Under the pieces are notes generated by a model, which saw only the letters and a program-made list of their open reading frames with translations, searched no databases and was not told the DNA's origin. From positions 15,748,001 to 15,812,000 of the forward strand of contig JBHGNT010000013.1 of assembly GCA_043228905.1 (NCBI GenBank): a stretch of DNA of 64,000 nucleotides. Direction: 5' to 3'. This document shows positions 28,052 through 38,100 of the stretch, piece by piece; positions within the stretch are counted from its first letter, which is position 1; every line of letters begins with the position of its first letter. The position numbers were made by a program, and so were the translations under genes. Source of the DNA: Azolla caroliniana. Lineage: Eukaryota > Plantae > Polypodiophyta.

Positions 28052-30819
28052 CAATACATTTAGATGTGTGGGGACCAGCTTAGACAACAACATTCGGCGG
28101 ATGCCGATACTATGTCACGTTCATCGACGACTTCTCCAGGAACACCTAGATCTATCTGATGAAGCAGAAGAGTGAAGTGTTCAGGCACTTCCAAACATTC
28201 AAAGCTGAAGTCAAAAAAACTATGGGTTGACATGTACAATGTCTTCGATCAGATTGAGGCAAAGAATATTTTTTCGAATGAATTTATGACGTATCTCCGA
28301 AAAGAAGGAATCCGAAGAGAGTTCTCATGTCGACACACGCCTCAGCAAAATGGCGTAGCAGAGCGTAAAAATTGCCATGAGATGAACGAGAAGAACCTGC
28401 CGAAATCATATTGGGCAGAAGCGGCAAATACGGTCGTAGATCTCATGAACAGGTGCACAACCTCAGGAGTACACGATATAACTCCGCATGAGATGTTCTT
28501 CGGAAAGAAGCCAGACTTGTCACATGTCCGCATTTTTGGTTCTATCTCCTATGTACATATTCCCGACGATACGTAGCAAAAGCTTGACCCAAAGTCAGAG
28601 AAATGTATCCTTGTAGGATACTCACTCAAACAGAAGGGGTACATATGCTACAACCCATCTACTCGTAAGGTTTGAACAAGTCAAGACGTAGTCTTCGATG
28701 AATATGCATCCTGGTACGCACTAGAGAATACTTCGACTCCAACCCCACTCAACGCGGATGACATTGAAATAGAAATAGAAGCTGAGGATCGGCTCACACA
28801 AATGTTAGAAGACGACCCAATTACGACACGGCTGAGTGGGCCATCAGAGCCGCCGAGCAATGAAAGCACATCTCGGTCGAGTCCGCAGTTGGATAAAGGG
28901 AAGGCGAAAACGCGGGAATATGAAGATCAGTAAGAGACCGAGATGCTTCACTCTCTTGAAAGTGAATTTGAAGATCATGACATCCGCATAGATGGAGCGA
29001 AGAAAGCCATACTCCCCACGGATCAAGAGCTACGCCGATCCACACGTGAAAAGAACCCCGTAAACCGCTACGACTATGGCGAGTACATGGCATATCACTA
29101 CGCCTTTATGATGAAAGTAGCGTCAGTACGGGAACCAGAAACGATTTCCGAAGCTGCAAAGGATCCGCGATGGGTCGACGAGATGAATGAAGAGATGGAA
29201 GCTTTATGCAAAAACGAGACATGGGATCTCGTTCCTCTCCCCCGAACAAGAAAGTGATTGGTTGCAGATGGATATACAAAGTAAAATACAATGTCGACGG
29301 ATCCATAAACAGCTTCAAAGCAAGGCTCATTGCGAAAGTCTACGTGCAAACGCATGGCATAGACTACAAAGAAACCTTTGCCTGGTGGCAAAGATGACAA
29401 CTGTACGGACAATAATTGCACTCGCCGTAGCGACGGGATGGCACCTCCACCAGATGGACGTGAAAAATGATTTCCTCCAAGGAGAGTTAGAAGAAGAGGT
29501 GTACATGATACAACCACCCGGATTCGAATTGTGTAAACATCTGCACGCCATATGTTGACTCAAGAAGCCACTCTACGGCCTCAAACAAGCACCGCGTGCT
29601 TGGCATTCAAAGTTCACACAGTATCTTCAGCAAGTCGGATTTCGGATGTCAAAATCCGATACTTCTCTGTACATCCGAAATGAGTCGGATAGCCCGATCA
29701 TCATCATCCTATACGTGGATGACTTGGCGGAGGAAAGGATCTCGCCGAGGTCAACAAAGTCAAAACACTTCTCTCCGGCAGATTCAAAATGAAAGACCTG
29801 CACAAACTTCATTACTTCCTAGGCATTGAAGTAATTCGGACACTAGTCGGGATAATGATCTCATATCGGCACTATGTCCTCAACTTACTCTACAAGTTCG
29901 GAATGACCGAGTGCAAGCCTGTGTCTACCCCTCTCGATCGTAACCTAAAGATTGATGCCAATTTCGGAACCGCTGAGAGCGAGCCTACTCAGTATTGACA
30001 ATTGATCAATAGTTTGATTTATCTAACCATTACGCGACCCGACCTCAGTTATTTGGTCGGCCTACTTAGCCAATTCATGCAGAATCCGTGAAACCTTCAT
30101 CTTGATTGTGCTAAGAGGATACTACGGTATGTCAGTATGACAATGGCTTACGACATCATGTATAAGTCGAACATGACTATTCGACTCGAAGGGTACACCG
30201 ACATGGACTAGGCAAGCTATAAAGCGAATAGACGATCCACCTCCGGATTTGTCTTCTCCCTTGGCAATGGAGCAATCTCTTGGAGTAGCAAGAAACAACC
30301 AACAGTCGCACTGTCGAGCACGGAAGCCGAATATAGGGGCGCAGCAGTCGTCGCATGCGAAGCCGTATGGCTTAAACACATACTAAAGGATCTGGGCGTT
30401 CCCATCAAGGATCCAATTCGTCTCTACTACGACCACATGAGCAGTATCTACCTGGCGCAGAACCCCGTATTCCACGTGTGGACTAAACATATCGAAGTGC
30501 ATTACCACTTCATCCGCGAGCGCGTACATGTCGGCGAAATCGATCTACAACATACTAGTATGCACCTCCAAGTTGCTGATATATTTACAAAGGCCTTAGG
30601 AGTCGACAAGCTTGGGCAATTTGCATCGAACCTTGGTCTCACGACATCTACATTGCCGAACTTGAGGGGGAGTACAGGTACAGGCGACATGGAAGTAATA
30701 CACAACAATACGCAACACATACGCAATTATCAAGTACGCGAGTATGCAACACAACCGACTAGACAAGTCAAAGTACGAACCGAACAACCTTCTCGACAGA
30801 TAGAAGTTGTGTTCGAAGG
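28052..30819 (+). mobile_element. Copia-1: 5'-truncated, degenerate Ty1/Copia internal region (integrase-RT-RNase H)
   Basis: Starts at IHLDVWGP...FIDDFSR; TPQQNGVAERKN; [12 protein letters not shown]; LYVDD; [13 protein letters not shown]; ADIFTKAL. Many stops and frameshifts. Interrupted in its PPT by the hAT element. Confidence 0.92.
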
Positions 30820-31099
30820 TAGGGATCGACAATGGTTCGGTTTAGGCTTAGCCGGTTTGGCCTGATCCAAGCCAAACCGGCTAAGCCTAAACCGTTTACA
30901 GGATCACAAACTTGAACCGAGCCGATTCACAAACCGGTTTAGGCTAAACCGGTTTATGCTAAGCCGGTTTGGTAAATGGCTTGGAAACCGGTTTAGAAAC
31001 CTCCCTCTCTCTCTCTCAGATGATCCAATATATACTATATACTATATACTATACATTGTACAAGCTCTCCCTCCCACTCTCTCTCAGGTCTGTGGTCTC

Positions 31100-31687
31100 G
31101 ACTCTCTCTCCCTCTCTCTCTCTCTCCCCTCTATGTAGTTCCTCTCTCTCTCTCTCTCTCCCCTCTGTGTAGTCTCTCTGTCTCTCCCCTCTATGTAGTT
31201 CCTCTCTCTCTCTCTCTCTCTCTCCCCTCTGTGTAGTCTCTCTGTCTCTCCCCTTTATGTAGTTCCTCTCTCTCTCTCTCTCTCTCCCCTATGTGTAGTC
31301 TCTCTGTCTCTCTCTCTCTCCCCTCTATGTAGTTCCTCTCTCTCTCTCTCTCTCTCTCTCCCCTCTATGTATTTCCTCTCTCTTTCTCTCTCTCTCCCCT
31401 CTATGTAGTTCCTCTCTCTCTCTCTCTCTCTCTCCCCTCTATGTAGTTCCTCTCTCTCTGTCTCTCCCCTCTGTGTAGTCTCTCTGTCTCTCCCCTCTAT
31501 GTAGTTCCTCTCTCTCTCCTTATATGTTGTCTCCCTCTCTCCTCGTCTGTGTAGTCTCTCTCTCTCTCTCTCTCTCCTTATATGTTGTCTCCCTCCCTCC
31601 ATCTCTCTCTCCTCGTATGTGTAGTTCTCCCTCCCTCACTCTCTCTCTCTCTCTTTCCCCTTGTCTGTTGTCTCTCTCCCCCTCTCT
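31100..31687. repeat. CT-rich minisatellite inside the hAT element (CCCCTCTATGTAGTTC(CT)n alternating with CCCCTCTGTGTAGTCTCTCTGTCTCT)
   Basis: More than a dozen recurring TGTAGT cores separated by (CT)n tracts. Confidence 0.88.
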
Positions 31688-31711
31688 AAAGTTTATAAAT
31701 GGCTTAAACGG

Positions 31712-32405
31712 TGTCGTGAAGAAAACCGTCCCTAGGCGCAAACCGTGTATAGTGTGTGTGGACCGGCCCTTACGCGTGGGCACGCCCCTTGTCGTATAGT
31801 AGATAGGTAGGCACAAAGGTTAAATCCCAGGTAGCAATATTCTATAGGGGAAATCGAGGAGTATCTCTGTCCTAAAGGACAAAGAATTAATGTGATGTAA
31901 ACGGGTGAAACGGCCTCCTTGAGCTATAAAAGAGAGGGAGACCGGGGAGAGAATATATCGCGCGCTAGAGGGAACGAAGTGCTGTCGGACTGGGACCGAG
32001 CTCTTCTTCTCTGTCGTTCTCCATAGCTTTCCTTTGCGCATGTTCTCAGGAGGCTAATCCTGCTCCGTGGAACGCCCGTGTGCTTCCGGCAGAATCTCCA
32101 TTTTTGCTCTCCTGTGTGCGTGGGTGATCAGCCGCCAACATCCATCTCGCCGACCTGATCGGCTGTAACCATTCGAATCGTCTGCATGCATACAAATACA
32201 TACACATATTTATATTCATGCGCTAGTGTTCTCAACTCGTGTCTCCTATGTTGTTGGGCCGCGTCCCCGTGCGCTTCTCTGTCTATACGTGTGATCTCTC
32301 ACTCTCTCTCTCTCCCCCCCCCTCTTTTTTTTCCTCACCTATTCCTCGGTCCAAGACCCCAGTGGTCCCGCCTTGTTCTCCACGCACGCGCGTAATAACG
32401 CGACA
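31712..32405 (+). repeat. Gypsy A 5' LTR (694 bp)
   Basis: TG...CA termini with TGTCG/CGACA inverted ends; TATAAAA at ~31926; near-identical to 50006-50834. Confidence 0.93.
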
Positions 32406-32409
32406 TATT

Positions 32410-32427
32410 TGGTGAACCCGACGTGAA
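32410..32427 (+). other. Primer-binding site complementary to the tRNA-Trp 3' end (also 35778-35795 + with 2 mismatches, and 47791-47808 -)
   Basis: TGGTGAACCCGACGTGAA is the reverse complement of UUCACGUCGGGUUCACCA, the plant cytosolic tRNA-Trp 3' end as I recall it. It sits 4 nt after the LTR in all three copies. Confidence 0.88.
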
Positions 32428-32448
32428 CAGGCGGAAGAGGAGTAGAAG

Positions 32449-33970
32449 ATGAGGGGGTCGGACCTTGCAGAAGCCATGGCTTCGGCTGTAGACCGTATAG
32501 TGAGTGTGCGCGAAGGCACTGACGCCCTTGATAGGGCTATCGAGGCGGTTGTTGGTACGATCGGCCGGTTTAGTGGGAAGGATGCCACGAGCTACTTGGC
32601 GTCCTACCGGGCTGAGATGGTAATGAGGGACATTCCGGAAGAGAGGCGTCTAGCCGGATTCCCTCGAGTGGCGATGCCGGGTATCCATACGGAGGTGCTT
32701 GAGGTACGGGCCGAGAGCCGGACCTGGGAGGAGTTCGAAGGTCGGCTCCTCGAAAAATACGGGCTTGAAGATGCGCTTCGACTTTCGAAGTGGGACTTCA
32801 TGGAGTGGGTGGAGACCCCCGACAAAGGAAGGAACGCGTCGGTGCTCCTCCGAGAGTTTGAGGAACGCTTCGCACGCCTCTCGATGCTTGACCGGACCGT
32901 TCTGGACACAAGCCGTGTCCTATTGTTTGTTAAGTCAGTTGATGAGCGGGATCGGGAGCAGGTAGGCCTCCTATTGGAGACTGATGACGGGCTGACGGCC
33001 GACTGGGCCGTGGTGAAAAGGGTCTGTGGCCGTTTCGACAAACGGCGGGAATGGGTTGACAAAGGATCGACAGGGGCGGGCTCTGTCACAGTGAGGAAGC
33101 TCGAGCCAACACCACCAACACGAAGGGAAGAGACCCGGGATTGGCTCGAGACTGGATCGGCTTCGACCAGCATGGTCAAGGGCGCGTCCGAGGGAGCAAC
33201 TTTGGAGGAACTAACGCGGATGGTAAAGGATCTCCAAATCGCCCAGGCACGGAGGGACGGTAGTGAACAGGGCTGTGACCGACGACCTCTGGTTGGAAAC
33301 AGGTGCATGTGGTGTGACGCGGTTGGCCACATCCGGAAGGACTGCGGGAACTTCGCCGAGGCCATGAGAAGCAACGTGGTGTACCTGTGGAACGGTCGGG
33401 TTCACGCCAGCGAGACCCGAAGGGCCTTGGACCTGAACTTCGGGCGAGGAGGTATGAAAAGGCTGATGGAGGAGGCGGCGGCTCGTCACGCGGAGACCGT
33501 CCACTACTCGGCGTCAGCTGGTATTCGGGTCGGAGGTGGCGAGGCCCCGAAGACGAACAAAGCCGGGTTCTGGCCAACGATGCTAGAAGGCCTCGCCGGC
33601 GCACGACTAAGGAAAGAAGAGGCGGACCGCGCGGAAAAACGGGTCCGGGAGGTAACCGGGTGGAGTGACCCGGTGGAAGAAAAGACGGGCTTCGTCGAAG
33701 CCGTTTGTCAAAATTACGAGGCTCTGGTGGAGGACAAGCGGGTAGGGAAAACCACACTTCTTCGTGCAGGAGACGTCCTCACATCCGGTTATACTCGGAG
33801 AACCGTACATCACGGCAGCACGGATGGAGACGAAGGTGCTGGACAACGGCTCGGCCTATGCGAGGGTCAAGAGCCAGGATGGGCGTCACTCGGTCCAGTT
33901 CCTGACGGTGAGACCGAACCATGAGAGGAACTGCGAGACCCTCGGGGGCGAAAGCCGAGAGGATTTTTGA
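32449..33970 (+). pseudogene. Gypsy A gag-pro ORF1 with ~605-bp internal deletion removing the protease active site
   Basis: Gag with CX2CX4HX4C knuckle CMWCDAVGHIRKDC. Alignment to copy B shows a jump from VEDKRVGKT to HFFVQET at ~33753. Confidence 0.85.
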
Positions 33971-35125
33971 AGAGGGCTAACAAGGTGTGGGGCTGCGATA
34001 GTCCGGACACTCCGGGAAAACCCCACAAGTGTATGATAGTGAAGAAAACCTGTACTATAAGTAGGAAATTTTGGTTCTCCGACAACGGAGCGTGTACGAT
34101 AATCGAAGTTGTTGGCCGGAAGAAGAAAAGGGCGCAGGAGCGACTTCGGGCATGTGGCGTCCTCGGCCTTGGAGAGGAAATCAACGGAGCCGTGGAGGCA
34201 GTCTCTTTCGACGATACCTTGGGGGAGCTGCGAGAGGTAGTCGGAGGAGTCCTTAAAGAGGACTGGACGATTCCGGTATGTTCGGAAAGGATGTACGAAG
34301 TCATCGCGGACTTCAGAAGAGGGCTCGAGTCGGATCGGACGGCCCGGGTAGACACGAGGTACAAGACTGTCGACCGGAAGGTGAGGCTAGTCACGGCTCC
34401 CTTGCCGAAGGGCAGCGAGTTGCGAATAAAGGGGGTTGCATCGGACCCGAGTTTACGAAATCCGGCCCGCATAGGACACACGTTCACCGACATAACGCTG
34501 CGCAAGCTCAAAATTGGTGGGGGCGGTTTCCTACTGCTGGCGGAAGAGGACCGTTTTCGGGGAATGCTCGGAAAGCACGGGAAGGCTTTCGCATTCTCAC
34601 CGGAGGAGATCGGGTGCGTAGACCCGACAGTCGTGGAACCAATGGTGATCTTCACGGTACCGCATGTACTGTGGAATCTCAAGCCGATTCCAGTGCCAAG
34701 AGGTCACATCCCGAAGCTGATAGAGTTGTTAAAGCAGAAGGTCGACATGGGAATCCTCGAACCGTCGAGTGCCCCATACTCGAATCGATGGTTTACCGTG
34801 CCGAAGAAGGACGGCACGCTGCGCTTTATTCAAGACCTGCAGCCGGTCAACAAGGTGACCATTCGAAACGCAGGAATCGGACCGACAATAGACGAGTTCG
34901 CGGAGGCCTTCGCCGGAAGGTCAATTTACTCGGTCGGTGATCTCTACTCGGGGTACGATCAGTTCTATCTAGCCATAGAGAGCAGAGACATCACGACAAT
35001 GCGAACTCCTCTCAGCCTAGTACGGATGTGTACCCTACCGCAAGGAGGGACGAACTCGGTGGCTCACATGGTGAACGTAATGAACAAGGTGCTGAGGGAT
35101 TGTATATCGGACATCACCATGCCGT
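33961..35125 (+). pseudogene. Gypsy A pol ORF2 5' part (spacer plus RT N-terminal half), in the -1 frame, interrupted by Gypsy B
   Basis: SSAPYSNRWFTVPKKDGTLRFIQDL, DLYSGYDQ and LPQGGTNS; cut at ITMP immediately before FLDD. Confidence 0.88.
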
Positions 35126-38100
35126 TGTCGTGAAGAAAACCGTCCCTTGGCGCAATCGGTGCATAGCGCGTGTGAACCGGCTCTTCACGTGTGCGCACCC
35201 TTAATGTATATAATAGGGAATTAAGTACGTAGGTGTATCCTGGGTAGTTAGATTCGGTAGGTAAGAAGTAAATGAGGCAGACGACTCCCTTCTTGATGCT
35301 ATAAAGGAGAGGGAGATGCAAGGGGAAGGGATCGCGCATTGAGGAGGACGAAGTGCTGTCGGACCGTAACCGAATGCTTCTCCTCTGTCTGTTCTCTATT
35401 GCTCTTCTCTGCAGGTTTCGGGAGGCTTGCGCTGCTTCGAGGAACACCCGTGTGCTTCCGGCAGCACCTCCATCCTATCCCCTTTACGTGCGCAGACGAA
35501 CAGGCATCAACATTTGTTCGCCGGCTTGTTCGGTTGTAACCGCTCGCGTGCTCTGTTGTGTACTTGTTATTCGTTAATATACAAACACTTGTGTCTCCTT
35601 GTCTCTGTGTCCATTCGCGTCTTCTGTGTTGACAGGCCGTGCCCCTGTGTTTCTTTGCTCATACGTGACCGGGCGTCTCTCTCTTTCTCTTTCCCCTTCT
35701 ATCACCTGCTCTTCGGTTCAAGACCCTGGTGGTCCCGCCTCGTTTCTCCACGCACGCGCGTAGTAACGCGACATATTCGGTGAACCCGACATGAACCAAG
35801 GCGGCAGAGGAGCAGAAGATGAGGGGGTCGGATCTTGCAGAGGCCATGGCTTCGGTCGTGGACCGGATAGTGAGCGCGCGCGAGGGCACTGGTGCCCTTG
35901 ACAGGGCTATTGAGGCGATCGTCGGTATGATCGGCCGGTTCAGTGGAAAGGATGCCACGAGTTATTTGGCGTCCTACCGGGCGGAGATGTTGATGAGGGA
36001 TATTCCGGAGGAGAGGCGTCTTGACGGATTCCCTCGAGTGGCGATGCCGAGCATCCATGCGGAGGTGCTCGAGGTCCGGGCGGAGAGCTGGACCTGGGAG
36101 GAGTTCGAAGGACGACTCCTGGAGAAATACGGGCTGGATGACGTGCTTCGACTTTCGAAGCGGGGCTTCATGGAGTGGGTGGAGTCCCCCAACAAAGGAA
36201 GAAATGCGTCGATACTCCTATGGGAGTTTGAGGAACGCTTTGCGCGCCTTTCGGCGCTCGATCGGACCGTTCTCGACACAAGTCGTGTCCTACTGTTTGT
36301 CAAATCGGTTGACGCACGGGATCGGGGGCAAGTTGGCTCCTTAATGGAAACCGAAGACGGGCTGACGGCCGACTGGGCTGCGGTAAAAAGTGTCTGCGGC
36401 CGTTTTGACAAACGGTGGGAGTGGGCTGATACAGAGGCGACCGGGGCGGGACCTGTCGCAGCAAGGAAGCTCGAACCGATACCGCAGGCACGAAGGGAAG
36501 AGACCCGGGAGTGGCTCGAAACCGGTTCGGCTTCGATCGACGTGGTCAGAGGCTTGTCCGGGGGAACAACTTTGGAGAAGTTGACACGAGTGGTAAAGTA
36601 TCTCCAGATCGCCCAGGCTCGGAGGGAAGGCGGCGATCAGACTCGTGACCGACGGCCTTTGGCAGGAAGTAGGTGCATGTGTTGCGACGAGGTTGGCCAC
36701 ATCCAGAAAGACTGCGGGGACTTTATGGAGGCTTTGAGAAGCCGGGTAGTGTACCTGTGGGAAGGTCGGGTGCACGCCAGCGATACCCGGAGGGCCCTGA
36801 ACCGAAACGACGGGCGAGGAATGAAAAGGCTGATGGAAGAGGCGGCAGCCCGGCACGCGGAGACCATCCACTACTCAGCGTCAGCCGGTATTCGGGTCGG
36901 AGGCAGCGAGGCCCGGAAGGAGAGCCAAGCCGGGTTCTGGCCGACGGTGCTGGAAGGCCTCGCCGGTGCCCGACTAAAGAGAGACGAAGCGGACCGCGCA
37001 GAGAAGCGGGTCCAGGAGGTAACCGGGTGGAGGAAAAGACGGGTTTCGTCGAAGCAGCTTGCCAGAACTACGAGGCTCTGGTTGAAGACAAACGGGTAGG
37101 TAAAACCGGAGGGGCCGGACCCTCATAGAGATACGAAACCCGATTCGGGCCGAAACGGAATGAGGCCGGTCAGTCCAGTGCCCGGGATAACCACAAGAAG
37201 GGCGGATACCGTTTGGGCATGGAGATCGAAAGGACCACGGACCTACGAAAGGTTCTGGAAGAACGAATCCTCGACAACAAAGTGGAACTGTCGTTGCGGG
37301 AGGTGCTCGGAATCGCCAAGAAGGAGTTCCATGACTCCATCGTGGACTTGGTGAAGAGGAAGAGGTTGTCGACGGAGGCAGAACCAGAAAGGCCGGTGGA
37401 GGTGCGGACGACGCACATAGAGGACATGGCGCTGGAAGACGAGTGGGCGGAGAGCCACTATTCGAGGCCACACTGGGCCCGAGCGACCACAGAAACCCCG
37501 GTGAAGATCGGAGATGTTCAGGAACCGGTTGTGGCGCTGGTGGACCACGGTTCGGAAATAAACCTGATGTCCATGGACTTCTACAAGAAGGGGAAATGGC
37601 CGATCAACACTAAGCACGGGTGGAAGATACGGGCGACGACGCGCGCCACCGAGGAACTGCACGGGGCCTGCCTGAATGTGCGAGTCAAGATCGGCGACGT
37701 CGAGATAGACCAACACTTCTTTGTGCAGTAGACGTCCTAGCACCAGGTCATACTAGGAGAACCGTACATTACGGCAGCGCGAATGGAGACCAAGGTGCTA
37801 GACAACGGGTAGGCTTACGCGAGGGTCAAGAGTCAGGACGGGCGTCATTCGGTCCAGTTCCTGACGGTGTGGCCGAACCACGAGCGAAACCGCGAGTCCC
37901 TTGGTGGCGAGAACCGAGAGGATTTTTAGAGAGGGCTGCCAAGGCGTGGGGCCGCGACAGTCCGGATACTTCGGGAAAACCCCACAGATGTACGATAGAA
38001 GTGAAACCGAAGAAACCTTGTACCATAAGTAGGAAGTTTTGTTTCTCTGACAACGGAGGGTGTACGATAGTCGGCGTCATAGGCCGAGAAAAGACAAGGG

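Noticed and set aside
31255-31816. ER/LS-repeat ORFs (also 50471-50852)
   Set aside because: Translations of (CT)n/(GA)n tracts.
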